Source of the DNA: Fimbriosthenelais zetlandica
Taxonomy: Eukaryota
NCBI GenBank assembly: GCA_977030845.1
Contig: OZ365116.1
Span: 2,976,001-3,040,000, forward strand
DNA length: 64,000 bases
Direction of reading: 5' to 3'
Each line of letters starts with the position of its first letter. Positions within the stretch are counted from its first letter, which is position 1. The translations under genes and the position numbers were made by a program. The notes beneath the pieces are model-generated. The model was given only the letters and a program-made list of their open reading frames with translations, made no database searches and had not been told where the DNA came from. Below are positions 1 through 13,000 of this stretch, piece after piece.

Positions 1-330
1 TTGACATCTCCTGTGATTTATCAGCAGTTCCAGGAATCACTGTGGTTTATAGAGAAGTTAAATTTTCTCGGTTTGTCTGTGTCAGTGAGGTCAGACAATA
101 ATCAGTCTTGTTGACTAGCCTCCTCCCTTCATCATTAATCCCATCCTGGTCGGTTAGTGATGTTCACTACTGGCGTCCACAAATACCAGCCTTGTCCGCC
201 TGCCACACTCCATTCACTCTAAGTCGCTCTTCCTTCTTTCTTTTTCTACAGAAAAGTCTTCTCCCAGCAGTTACTTGTCCAGACCATAAGCCATAGATTC
301 TCACTGGCTTCCCTCCATGCGTCATTCACT
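1..330 (-). mobile_element. Possible decayed LINE endonuclease fragment
   Basis: Minus-frame peptide DGINDEGRRLVN resembles the APE motif GxxNxNGxxL. Multiple stops; weak. Confidence 0.25.
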
Positions 331-1610
331 CCGCCACCAGCCACTATTCAGACACACATTAATATTGTTGCCTCCATCCCACATATCGTATATTTGAAGT
401 CTAAATGTATAGACGTTCTGGATATTTGCTAAGAGCATGGCAGTAAGTGAAGACAAATATGGAGGCAGTTGGAGTGGGATTCGCTTTTCATTCTATGTAA
501 TCTGATCGCGGCGAGGCTGTATATTGTCAGCCTTAAAGTCGAGGTGAAAGAAGCCATGCTCTTTATATAGTAGTAGATAGGACTTTTTGAAAGCTCCTGA
601 CAGCTCAGTGTTGACACGGGGGAACTTGTACATGTGTATGAGTGACAGTAATGTTGAATGTGTCTACACCACTGACAGCTATTCAGACTGGGGAAAGGGA
701 AGTACTGAACGCACTGACTGGCAACATTCACAGACCAGTGACAGATGTCGTTAAAATTTGATGGAAATCTCTTGAAATATCCATAGTTCGGCCATGTAAC
801 GTCAGTGGTGAAGGCATCTCATGGGTCCCATTAGAACCCAACAGCTTCCCCTCCATTCACTTGGCTTTCAATTTCAGGTTCGCGTTTTTAAATTACCAAG
901 TTCAACGTTCTGTTATCTAAAATCGCTATATTCCAACTGGTGTGTGTTTAAATATGTCGGTGGTATATTGACGTAAAGTACCCGCTATACGTATCAGAGG
1001 CTATGTCAAGATACATGCATAGATAAAGGCTGTAAATGCTATTGATGCTCGGTAACAGTCCATCCCCTCAAAGTGCGGCAATAACTAAATCAATCATAAC
1101 TGGAGACGTGAGTAAAAAAAGGTGAAATGCTTCATCCTAGCCTAATATGGCGCCTCAGAATAATAGACAAACACAAAAAAACCATCTCCTGAAATAAAAA
1201 CCAGACTTGGCAGTGCTGCTTTTATGCCTCTACCTATTATTCATCAGATCCTGTATAGGTGAGAAGAATGGCTCAGAACATTCCACAATTCCGTCCTTTA
1301 ATGCCTAATATGCATAATATTGACCGGACTTTGGCGTTGGTGGGACAGGGCCTTCATCCGGGCTTTAAAGCAAAGGTCTCATCGCTGCCATGGTGACAGT
1401 CCAGATTTACACGCCCAATTCTCTCTAACACATCACGTTTTTGTTTCATTTCTTATTTCCTTGCCAACCTGAGTCAACAGAAGCCACTGGCTAATTATGT
1501 TGACTTAGGTGCTCACTGCCTTGTCAGATGACTTGTGAAAGTGTTGGCTGGACTCTGACAAAACGCGTGTATTATAAAACAGGACGGTTTAATAATTAAG
1601 ATGAAAGGTC

Positions 1611-2005
1611 TGTCAATATATGCAGCTTTAGCTGAATAGCAATGTGGTTTAACAGCCCGCAGTCTAGTCGCAATAACCTGGTACATTAAACGGCGGCTTG
1701 TCTATTTCACTTGTAATCAAGTTGTCTCAGACCCGCTGTGGGATTGTAATATGCAAGTCATGGCTTTCAACTAGTTTCTCTCTCCCTTTCTGAACTTTGT
1801 GAATAGACAAAGCAGACTTGACAGAAGATATTCGTTTCTATTAACTTCGGTATGTTTCTGTAATTCCCTCCAAGAAAAGAATACTTGCTGTTGAAGGCTT
1901 TTACGCCATAAACTGCACAAAAGACGGGATATACTGCTTGAGATATTGTTAGAGAAATACTGCATGAAACGAGGTTGGTACTGCGTGGGAAATTGTCAAT
2001 GGAAT
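1611..2005. mobile_element. Dispersed repeat copy carrying about 2 degenerate 47-bp monomers (putative unamplified host element of the satellite)
   Basis: 1690-1832 aligns without gaps to 53641-53783 with 14 mismatches in about 143 bp. It is followed at about 1911-2000 by diverged monomers (aactgcacaaaagacgggatatactgcttgagatattgttagagaaatactgcatgaaacg...). Confidence 0.75.
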
Positions 2006-2751
2006 CCCGGACTAAACTGCTCGGTGCATTGTGGTAACAATCCTGTACTAAATGAGGCGCATTGTCGTCTAAAGGCTCCATAAAATGTGGTCTATGCTGC
2101 TCATACTTTCTGTACAATGTCCGTTATTTTCGCATATTAATTTCAACAAAACATAAATCCATCTTACTATCTGGCAGCTCCATCATACGTTGGAGAGTTC
2201 CCCATGAAAATCTTACATTATATTACTATAGTTTTAACTGTTATAACCTATTAAATGGTGATCGATTAGGCTCATATTTAAAAATTTGAGAATTCCCAGC
2301 AGATGATTCAATATTCTGTACTCAGTGGGCGAATTGTTGTATTTATTCCTGGCAGAGCCAAGAAAATGATGGAAAGCTTTACAGGGAAGAATGGGTGTTG
2401 GGAATGGATGCCTGTTGATTTCTGTTAGATAGGTTGTGTGTGTTTGGTGATAGAATTCCTATGGTCAATGACCATAATCCATTGCCTCGTTAGTTAGCAT
2501 TATTTGCTGGCCTGCTGCTGTGGGTTGCTTGCCCTTCACAGCATCAGTTCTGCTTAGTTGGTATACACTACGGGTCTGGCTACACTATATATTAACTTTG
2601 CGACAAAAAGGTCGTCATTTTTTTGGCCGCTATGCCTCCTAAAATCCTCTTTATTATCTGCTCACACCCTTTGCCCCACGTTCGATTCCCCGTCCTACAT
2701 TTTTCCTTCCTCTTATCCCTTTATCTTGATTATGAATATTCCAACATGCCA

Positions 2752-2967
2752 GGGGCAGGATTGTGGCTCAGGCGGTATAGTGTTCGACTTGAATGTTGAA
2801 GGTCCCGGGTGCAATTCAATAAGCAATCTCCTAAATTTCCACTGTTCTTCTCCACCCAGTGCTGCTAACTGTGATATCAAAGGCCAGCCATATCAACTTG
2901 AGAGGCATGCAAAAGTACCATTGCTGTCGATGGCTGAAAAATTGCTAATTGGACGTTAAATAAACAG
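2752..2967 (+). mobile_element. tRNA-derived SINE, second family
   Basis: A-box TGGCTCAGGCGG (2764-2775) and degenerate B-box GGTGCAATTC (2808-2817). The body is shared with 12881-13000. Tail ggctgaaaaattgctaattggacgttaaataaac. Confidence 0.6.
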
Positions 2968-3368
2968 ACGTCGCCGACGTTGTTCAGATGTGATGTCCCA
3001 GCCGCCCGTGTTGGTAATTGGAAACTTTGAAACGACATAAACAAAACCTATTGTCGGGGCTCCGTCTGATGATGTTTCCTCACATCATCTGTCTTATTTA
3101 CCTTCCTGTTATGGTCTAAATATGAAATGTTTATACTAAAAGTCAGACTGAGTTAAACTTCATGAAACTAGCATCCATCCATTGCGGATTCTAACAGACG
3201 GAGTTTGCCTGCAGTGTTTGTAGCAGGACTAGTCTAGACAGGTTTAATGATACTATGTACGTCTATCTACTCCAGTCCTTACCCCATCAATTTATCAACA
3301 TTTAACTTCACTTCAGGGAATCCCGGCTAGACTCCACTCGCCCGATTTGACTTTTATTTCATGCCTAA

Positions 3369-3598
3369 AGCCCGACATCCACTGTACGATCTTTGGAAAA
3401 ACAGGTTTTTCTGATCGGCAAAGATCAAAATAAAATCGTTCCGGATCATTTCTCTATTCATTTACCATTGAAAAATCGGCGCCGATCCCATGATTTTGCC
3501 ATCCACCAGCCCGATCATCTGTTTTGGGGGTCCCGATCGCCTGTGATCGCTTAAGATCGCAAAATCGGGGTGAAAATCGGGTTGGTGGATGTGGGGCT
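3369..3598. mobile_element. PIF/Harbinger-type (Tourist-like) MITE, family A, copy 1
   Basis: 14-bp TIRs agcccgacatccac / gtggatgtggggct (1 mismatch). TAA TSD at 3366-3368 and 3599-3601. Non-coding, 230 bp. A homolog lies in the opposite orientation at 19794-20033. Confidence 0.85.
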
Positions 3599-3907
3599 TA
3601 AAGCTTTTGTCTTTAGTTTTGTGGGTACGTTTGTCGTATAGTAGAAACCCTCTACAGAAATTGAAATCTCAATGTATATGAGAAATCGGGGAAACCCCGG
3701 GGCCATCTGATGGGAAAAGTGTGTCTGGGACTTAACATTGCTACATTGCCCCGAGACATTTTTTTCTCCAAGAAGAAGCTTGCTTGTTTAGCAACAATCA
3801 GTAGACTTCTAAATCGTCTTTAGAATGGCTCTCACATTCTCACAATTGGACTTGACTTCACTCTTTACAAGTGACCTTGTGGCGCCCTTAAAGTCAGATT
3901 GATCTGA

Positions 3908-4203
3908 TTTTTTTTATAGAGCCATATTATTGGTGAAGCCAGCTCACACTCTTGATGATTTACGTATGATTTTCAGCTGGTGGCTCTGTATCTACGTGCA
4001 CATCTACATTGCCTTCTGTGCAATGGATATTTCAAGGTGCATGTGCTCTAGAACATATGTACAACACACCAACACCCTGAGGAGGGAGGCATTGGAAATG
4101 CCTTGGACAGCTCGGGGGATTGAACCGCCGACCCTTCGATCATTGGTCAACCACCCTGTATGAGCTGGCGCTCTAAGTAACCAACTGAGCTAACTCCCCT
4201 CCC
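3908..4203 (-). mobile_element. Full-length tRNA-derived SINE (about 296 bp)
   Basis: Pol III A-box TAGCTCAGTTGG (4181-4192) and B-box GGTTCAATCCC (4116-4126) on the minus strand. A8 tail at 3908-3915. 8-bp TSD with one mismatch (tgatctga 3900-3907 / tgatctca 4204-4211). The acceptor and anticodon stems do not pair, so it is not a functional tRNA. Confidence 0.75.
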
Positions 4204-4551
4204 TGATCTCATCTGTTGGCTTTGTTTGGTGCTGGGAGCAGGTTTCAGTTAGAGACACTGCATTATCCTGTATGACTAGACCCAGTGTTGGTGGGTGGAG
4301 GAGGAAGCCAGCCAAGCCTACATAAGTGACATGGTGTTATTTACCACCCTCTCCCGGGGATTGTCCTTAGTCGTGCTTGAGAAAATAGAATTATTGCCGG
4401 GAGAAATGAATCCTCTGGTCTGGTAGTGGGTGGGTGTAGTGTATTGATGATGGTAGCTGGGCTAGATCTACTCCACTCTCATATCGCTATGGGTAGCAAT
4501 GATGCTCATACCATTTGTTCACGTTTCTACTTCCCCCGATGGCTTTTCCAT

Positions 4552-4615
4552 TGCCCTACCACCCCCACCCCCACCCCCACCCCAACCCCCACCCCCACCA
4601 TTCACCCCCACCCTA
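4552..4615. repeat. (CCCCCA)n-like simple repeat
   Basis: Direct reading; it produces the Pro/Thr/His-rich pseudo-ORFs at 4426-4773. Confidence 0.85.
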
Positions 4616-5209
4616 CTCCAAACACCACACACACATCCAGGCATGGCAATCCTCAGACAAATGCCCGGGAACCCGACTTTTTGTTATGTCACAAAAGGTC
4701 AAAAGTAATTCCTGGGGCCAGTGCAAATCCGATTGAGAAAGGTTTGGTTTTTGGTGTTGGGCGGTTGGATTAGGGTGGGGGTCTTCCAATTTTTAAGAAT
4801 TTTATATTTCTTGAAACCACTGCCAATCCATAAACACATTTATTTTATTCATGGACTCTTTTCTGAAGTAAGAACATTGAACCATTAAACCAGTATCATT
4901 TGGTGACAGCCTAGTTGCATAAATACTTACTTGTGAGTCATTTTCATGAGACCCCCGATCTGCTTTCTATGCCGAGTCTGTGATCGTGATTTACTGAATG
5001 ATATTCAATGGCTCATAATGTGACACTAGATGCCGTCACAATCCGCTCCTTCATTTCACAATCCTCCTTTCATAACGTCTGATGTGAATCTAGTTTTACG
5101 ACACACATGTTTTAAGTCTGGGATTGAACATTGATAGGCTTTGATGGGAGCCTCCATTATTACTGTGAGATTGAAATTCTCCTGCCATCCATTGACTGGT
5201 GGACTCTCT

Positions 5210-5284
5210 GCCATGTCTGCCCCCGCCAATCTGTTACTACCCCCGCCATGTCTGCCCCCACCAATCTCTTACTACCCCCGCCAT
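5210..5284. repeat. 35-bp tandem duplication
   Basis: gccatgtctgcccccgccaatctgttactaccccc repeated at 5210 and 5245. Confidence 0.85.
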
Positions 5285-5349
5285 TTTATGACACAATGCG
5301 TTCACTGATCCCTTGATAATTCCCAGCCCTTTATCAACCCACATCTCCT

Positions 5350-5700
5350 TAATCCTGGTAAAGGACTGTATAGCATATTATAAAGGTATTTGATGGAGTT
5401 GACGGGGCAGACTGTAACTACTTCATTCACCGCCTCGCCCCATCCATCACCTCCCAGTCCCCCACACATGCCATCCACTTGAAATCCACTTTCATATCAA
5501 GACTTTTTGTTGCGACTAATCACAACAATGAAAGTTTGGCCTGTTGGGGAATCTGTCCATTTAATACTTTTTGGGGCGAGTTTGGGGGGTTTATTTGAGC
5601 CGTGCCTCTGTATCGAGTGTTTTAACACTCCCCTGATGGTAATGTAACCTTCATTTGAGCCGTTGAAGTCTGGGGTAAGACTGAATGGATGTGCTAATGT
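5350..5700 (-). mobile_element. Possible decayed CR1/L2 3' fragment
   Basis: Minus-frame peptide NEVVTVCPVNSIKYL resembles the CR1 C-terminus (PxEVVxAPSVNSFKxRL); weak. Confidence 0.25.
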
Positions 5701-6139
5701 TGTGTTACATAATATAGCGCATCTGTTATGAAAGGCCCCTGTCAGCACAGTGGTCACCAACCTTAAGTGTAAGATAATTATGGATGTATTTTGGCACCTG
5801 TTCTCAAATTCATAGGCTCTAAAAACGAATAGGAATCATCTCTCCTTGTGTGATGCCACCAGGACCCTGGTGTCTCAGCTGGATTCAGTTACCTTCTGTC
5901 AGGTATCACACGTCCCATCTCATCCCCGCCCCCTACACCGACCCTCTCAATGTTTCTCCCTCTTCCAATACTGATCCATCTGTCCGTTGAGGGCTGTTAT
6001 CCGTTTTCCTTCTCCCCAGTGACTTGTACCCATTTTTCCATCCTGACCCACAATATTGTGCTCTCTTTTGACGTGTGGGAGCCCCTAAAATAGATCCCTA
6101 TCATTTAAACGTATCCCTTTATAAGCCCAGCTTCCACTG

Positions 6140-6330
6140 AACCAATGCCCATGATTTAAAGTTCAGCCTTATTGTTGCCCCAACTCTGACATCCATCCTT
6201 GTGACAGAATGAGATCAAAAGGTCCATTACAAGCTGAAAATCCCTTTTGTCATCTGAGGGACAATCTGCTTTCTGACAAACAATTGCAAAAACGGCTGAG
6301 GAGTCCCTATTTATGATGATTAGCGCTATC
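6140..6330 (+). mobile_element. Decayed non-LTR retrotransposon RT fragment (CR1/L2-like)
   Basis: Frameshifted peptides PTLTSIL and HLRDNLLSDKQLQKRLRS resemble the LINE RT motifs PISLTSI and HLExNNLLSDxQHGFRxxRS. Recognised by eye only. Confidence 0.4.
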
Positions 6331-8965
6331 ATGGGAGAAAGTACTGAGGCAACAAGCCCGTAACAAGCCGGCAACAAGCGTCTGTCGCCTTCTTTCTGTG
6401 TTGACATTGTTGCACACCAATGTTTTATCCTTACATCAGAAGTATTGTTTACACCATTTATTACAACCGGGGATATTTACCTGAACCGCTGTGACGAGTA
6501 GCACTTGATTGTCCCCACCCACTTACACTGATGTGTCTCTTGATTTGTACATTAATGATACTCTGTCTATTGTTGTCTCTCACAATATGTCTGCCTTCAA
6601 CCCTCTCCTCAATCAAGCCACCCACAGCTTACACAATGAGGCGGCATACATAGTGATGCATACATATATACTTCTGAATTAATTCATACACATTAATGGA
6701 TGGATTCCTTTCCTCAATCTCTACATTACTTCATTTTAGTAATGGAGCCATATCGGCGATTTTCCTCATTCTTTAAAGAAGGAACAACTTAGTCTAAATG
6801 TGCCTGCTGTATGTTAATGGAACTGTCTTGTTGTTTGGATTCAAGACGCTGTTAGAAGGAACACAAATAGTTCAAGAATGTTTGCATGCATTCTTGGATT
6901 TCAGAACTATGTATGTTTTCCAGGTCTCTAGCGGTATGTTCACTTCCTATGCTGCATTAGCAGTAACTTTGTTACAAGTTTTTCCAGCCAGCAGCACGGA
7001 TGACGTCGATTATTAATGGGCCTTTGTTTGTGGGATGTAATAAAACATAGATCTTATAAATGGCTGACGTATCTTGCAAACGATCTTGGATAATTTTCTT
7101 TTATGTTAAAGATCTCAATAAAATACTTAAGGCATTCAGGTTGGTGGAGCCTCTAACCACATTCTTTCATCTTGTATTGTGCCTCAATACGGAGTACCAA
7201 TTACCATGGACGGCCTGTTATTACTGAGCTAGCCATAAACCGCCATGAATCATGAAGTATATACCTTTGTTCTCCGTATTAGTAATTGTCTCAAGCATTG
7301 AACGCTACAGCATAACTTGCATGATTTATGTGCAAATAAAAGTGACATATTCTAATCAATTCTCATCGGGAGCTTCCAGCAGGGAATATGCCATTAATGC
7401 CTGCCGAGCTCCACCTATGTGATGGTCATTTGTCAGTATTAATTCCTTCATGAATAGTTGGATCCGTGTGCTCTAACAGATGGGCTGGTGTATATATATT
7501 ATTCATTATGATAGTAAATGATCATCTCTTGCCAGGTGATTGATAGCCTTCTGCTCTTCTCCTCACCATGTTGACACAAGGCACGGGACCTAGGCTTACC
7601 AGGTGTGTACATGGTAACCTCAATTTAAAATGCTGATGAATTTAAAGCCACCCCCTGCACGTGCCATCTTGAAATTCTTATGATGTAGCAAAGTGGCCTT
7701 GACTTGGTTCTGCTCGAGCACTCGGCGGGGGTCTGTTTACAAGCGGTGGGGAGCGGGTTGGGGTTAACACAATGAAGACATACACATCGATTGGTCGGTG
7801 AGGATTGCCTTTCTGCTTTTATCTCGCTGCAGGCGTGTCCTGACTATATACTTCACCGTTTAAGCTCACCCTCTCCTCCTCCAGTCTTTGTGGCTCTTCT
7901 TTGACTTAAACACTGCCCCGCACTTCATGTTCACAAAGATGTTTGGGCCCACATAGTGCTTATGTTTTATTCTCAGCTTTTCTCCATCGATTTGTTCTAC
8001 ATCACCTCCCATTACCCCTTAGCCTACCAAGTCTCACTCTCACTCCTTCGCTGGGGATATTCTCTTAGCAAAACTTTCTCCATATTGAAAATCAGTATCT
8101 AATCATGTTGCAGAGATTTCTGCCGTTTTCAACATGGCCTGGGACTTTCCCCAAGACATTTCCGTCCATTGTTCAAAGCATTATACCCATATATGGCTTC
8201 CTATGGCGAAATATCATTAGTTGAATAGAACAGAAAGGTGGCTCCTTCCCATCAACTCTCTAATTCACCATATGTGCCCGCATCCCGTTTTCCCATTCTC
8301 TCTTCTTTAGCGACTGCCTCCCCATATAAAGTTATAATGGCGTTTCTCAGAACTTTGTTCTAATTGTAAATTACCTTTACCTCCCATTAATCGGAGAAGT
8401 ATGATGAAATCCAGCTTAGAGTAAGCGTCAGGCAGCATGGCTATGTTTAATCATGGAGCCTGTATGTCTCATCAAGCAGTCAGCCCAGTCATTCTAAACC
8501 ATTCCCTCCCGTCTCTATTCTAGTTTACTTCCATTCTATTGACACTAATGCCAGAGTTGATATAGCGTTAATGCGCATAAATTTCTTCTATCACGAATTT
8601 AGCGCTCTAGACATTTATTAAGATAAGTTTTAAGTCCCCTAGCTGTTGTTGTGTTCATGAATGGATGAATTTGATGGTGCGCTATACCCCATGCAGCAGC
8701 CATTAGAAGCCCCTTACCTATTACAATGTCTATAAAATCACTGTGAATTTGAGAATAGAGTATCCCATTCTCATTAGCTCGTGCCATCTGGTGAGTAATA
8801 AGCTCATTAGACTGGCTGGCCTGACTTCATCAGTCATCCTGGCTATACTGTTATCTCTCACGTACATACCTTCAATATATATTCTGTTGAAAAGAATCAC
8901 TTTCCTGCCTCTTTAGATATATTTGTTCATATATCATCTATTATTGCAGTATAGCATTAACACTA

Positions 8966-9393
8966 CTTGGGGAATACTGCACGAAACAGGGTTGATACTG
9001 CTTGGGGAATTGTTATAGGAATACTGCACGAAACAGGGTTGAAACTGCTTGGTGAATTGTTATAGAAAAACTGCACGAAACAGGGTTGAAACTGCTTGGT
9101 GAATTGTTATAGAAAAACTGCACGAAACAGGGTTGAAACTGCTTGGAGAATTGTTATAGGAATACTGCACGAAACAGGGTCGATACTGCTTGGGGAATTG
9201 TTATAGGAATACTGCACGAAACAGGGTCGATACTGCTTGGGGAATTGTTATAGGAAAACTGCACGAAACAGGGTCGATACTGCTTGTGGAATTGTTATAG
9301 GAATACTGCACGAAACAGGGTTGAAACTGTTTGGGGAATTGTTATAGGAATACTGCACGAAACTGGGTCGATACTGCTTGGGGAGTTGTCATA
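8966..9393 (+). repeat. 47-bp satellite array 1 (about 9 copies)
   Basis: Tandem unit gcacgaaacagggtcgatactgcttggggaattgttataggaatact (47 bp), counted directly. Confidence 0.95.
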
Positions 9394-12300
9394 TGACTTT
9401 AAAACTTTTCTTCCACGACTGCTGGGGTATGCAGGGAGCGTGGTAGATTTTTTTATCTGTATCACTGAATGATTTAATCTCAGATTGTGCTAAGATTTCC
9501 ACCTTGCCGGATGTGGAATTCACCCAGGAATCACCTGTATCTCTCTCTATTCATTAAAATCTTCCCGTGGACGTGTCCTGAATGGTTAATGAATCTTTTT
9601 AATGCCCAGCATGATTGTATCAGCCTCATCTGATACCGACTTTCACAGCTATCTTTCACAGCTCATTGACTTTTTTGCATCCGAACACTGCAGGTTATGG
9701 ACCTTTAAAACCCACACCCGAACCCTAATGCTTCCCCCTAATGAGTTAATGCACTCCCTCACTGTTCCAGCTGAGCCAGATCTCAATACCGTGTGACAAA
9801 GTTTTTCACTCTTCACTTTGTTGAAATAAATCCAGCACAGATCTATATCCTTGGGCGATTTAGTTGATGATACAGGTGGCATCCATAAAATATTCAGTTC
9901 AAAAAGATATTTCCTCTGTTGAAGTTCAATTTTAAAAATATTCGGACATTTATCGCATGAGATAGATGATTGAAGTGACAGCCATTCTGATGGTTGTATC
10001 GGGATGGACGTGCACGGATGTTCACATTATGTGCTGTAGCTGGTCTCTACATCACAATGATCTATCAACGCTCCAGCTGTCCCGCATTAAACATTGCCAT
10101 TGTTGATGTAGGTTTATTACGTCCAAGTCCATTTATCATTGCTTCCCATAAACACCAACAACTGCTGTGGCCATAACCGTGAGAATTACTTCTATAAAGA
10201 ACATTTCTTAATGTTTTGTTACTGGTGAAGCATCCATTATCACCTGTCCATTCCATTAATGCCATATCATTCTCTTTAATGCGTAAAGTACTGAACTGAA
10301 TATAAATGCCTCGTCACGTGTATTTAAACATGAACTCTATATATTGTTAGATTTTAATGATAAGCTTGAGTCTCCCACTTTGACTCCGCATTGGGTTTAG
10401 TAAGCTAACTAATTCAATGTAATTAATGGCGTATATTACGGGATTTAGTGTTGGAAGTACCCACTAGGCGCGTGTATAGAGATAATTACCTGACTTCATT
10501 ATAGGAGGATTCCATTAGCATGTCTCTATCAATGGTGGCTTTTAACTCTCATTATTGTAGCCGGAAGTTCCCGGGGTTAAAAGGTCAAGATGAGCATGCG
10601 TGCTGCCCCCTTAAGAGACGCCGGGAGACCACCATCGCTTTCCTTCCTCCACTTGTGGAGAGGGAAGGCGTCTTGGCTGTTGCCTTGGGAACACATTCCT
10701 AATAGCCATGTCATGTTGTACCGCTGCTAGCCCCCGCTAAACTTGATTCCAATTTCTCTCCCTTTTTCCGCTGAACACAAACATTTGTCCCCAAGATTAC
10801 CAAACTCTTAAATTAAAGACCCATTGATTCAGTTCCAGAATTGGAAACTTTAATTCCGTCTGTTGTCTTAACTTCATTACCAAAGCCATTTGGCTTCTCG
10901 TGGCGAGTTTATCTTCCTTAAATTCTAACCGGCTACATTTGCCTGTTTCCCTTTAATTTTACCAAAGTAAATATCGTCCAAAGCTGAGTTTTGGAAGCAG
11001 GGCAGTTTGAGCCGAGCTGGGGCCTCATAAAGTATAATAATCTGTGTTAAATCCAGGGTCCCGGGCACCATTTTATGGATCAGGGTGGCGACCCAACCAT
11101 ACATTATGAAGTTTATATTAAATCCAGCCTAGCACCGGTCGATGGAACCAACTATGCCATCCCCCACCCATACCATCTCATTTCCTAATTTACACATTAC
11201 AGGGCAAAGTTAAATTCACAGCTGTATTCTATTACATTACTGAGGATCCTCCCGGTTTTTCCTCTTTTTTATGGTGAGGTAATATGACATCTTATCAACT
11301 CAAGGGAATGGAAAAAATGTTTGTCAGGATGGATATGTTCCAGTCGCCTGGTTTCACATCCAGGCGGCTCCGTATTGAACGATCATAAACACTTCATATT
11401 GAAGTTGCTCACATACATTCCTCACACATGGCTACCTCCTTTACAAAATCAGGTTATCTTGTAATATTTCAGAAGTCCCCATTTATTCTTGTTATCTGCT
11501 AATCTGAGTGGTCTCCCGGGCCAATCTGTATCCACTGATTATGTACAGGATTGTATGGTTTTGCTCTGGAAAGTTTCTCCTCTTTTAGAGGACAAGTTAT
11601 CTGGAGTTTGGTGAGTTTATTACATGCTTTAGCAGCCCTGTTCACTCTAGAATGAGTCTGCACTTGTGATTCCTGAACCAAACCAGAATCGTAAGAAGAT
11701 GTAAGCCCATTCCACTGTTTTATTCTCCCTTAGATTTAGACAACCCGTTTTATGTTAACCCGGAGCGGCTTTCAACTTGTAGGACTAGATCTCGGTGTGT
11801 TTCAAGCTGTCTGGGTGAGTGTTGGGGTGGCAGGAAGCCGCTAAGCTGAGATAGAATTGATGGGGCAGCGGTGAGAAGGTGAGCTCCTCGCGAGTTCCTC
11901 TCACTGCTCTCTCCATCTGAGGGGATCCACCTCGTGTCGTATAAGACAGCTCGGGGATGATGGGCGCCTCTGGTTTGTTTCGCTGGCCTGACAGGCATGT
12001 TCATAAAAACCTGCGAGAACTAACACTACAGATGTGTATGCCAACTGGGAACTCCCCACTCAATACCTCCCTCTATAATTAAACCATACTTGTTTTTTAA
12101 GACAATACAAGCAATCGAATATTCGATAATCTGCTCCGAATATTGTAGTGGAAATTTAATGTTGGTCTGTGAAGAGTTTCTTCGAGAAAATTTGTTCATT
12201 TGATTTGCTTTCTTTGACTTTATCCCCTGTTGATGGGATTTGGAGGGCCTGGCGGATTTGCCTTCAGATGTAAGGCCCGACTAAATGACCTAATCTGATG

Positions 12301-12880
12301 GCACCTTCACGCATGACCGACCAGGATAATACAAATACACTTGGAGTGTTTCCCAATGCCTCCCCCGGGATCCCACCCACCAACATCCTGCTCAAACGAT
12401 TTTATGCCTCGGTGAGGATTTGATTTTCTCCCAGGCCACAAAAAAAATCAAGAAGCAAAAAAGCAATATAGGAAAAGCTTTCAAGGGACGTGTCCGTTTT
12501 TTGGTTGACTCTGGGAATGAAATATTTGCAGGAGTTCTCTCTTTTGAATATTTGTATCTTGATGGAGGTGCATCATAGTGGGTTGGGACTGTTTGCTGAC
12601 ATGTACAGTCAATTCCTCACAGTAGAAATGGCGCGTGGAACTTTGAAGAAGCCGGACCAGTACCAGAGCCAAGATGTCCAACTCACTGACCGTACCTAAT
12701 AGGGGCAGGTCACATGGTCAGTGTGGATTAGTGGGGGTTTGTGGGCAGGTGGTCATGGTGGATCAACCAGGTGGTGCGGATTATCTCCAGTCACGTGACT
12801 TTAAAGCTCCCTCACCATACTATCACCTACACCTTTATCACCTGCACGGAGATGTGGCCATTTCTCAGGCAGTAATGTCC

Positions 12881-13000
12881 GTTCAATTCCCCAACAGCCA
12901 TTTTCCAAATTTACCATTGTCTTCCTCCACCCAGTGCTGCTAACTGGTCTATAAAAGGCCAGACATGTCTCCCACGGCCTTTGTGAGGGGAATGTAAAGG
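12881..13000 (+). mobile_element. SINE fragment sharing its core with 2752-2967
   Basis: Identical 22-mer ctccacccagtgctgctaactg (12925-12946 vs 2850-2871), with similarity running from the B-box-like gttcaattcc to beyond aaggccag. Confidence 0.6.

Noticed and set aside
4104-4199. Functional tRNA gene
   Set aside because: The acceptor and anticodon stems do not pair. The head continues into a body with an A-tail and TSD, so it is a SINE.
4426-4773. Proline-rich or extensin-like ORFs
   Set aside because: Translation of a (CCCCCA)n simple repeat.
12450-12580. FLVDSGN as a retroviral aspartic protease motif
   Set aside because: A single short motif followed by a stop, with no gag, RT or integrase context.
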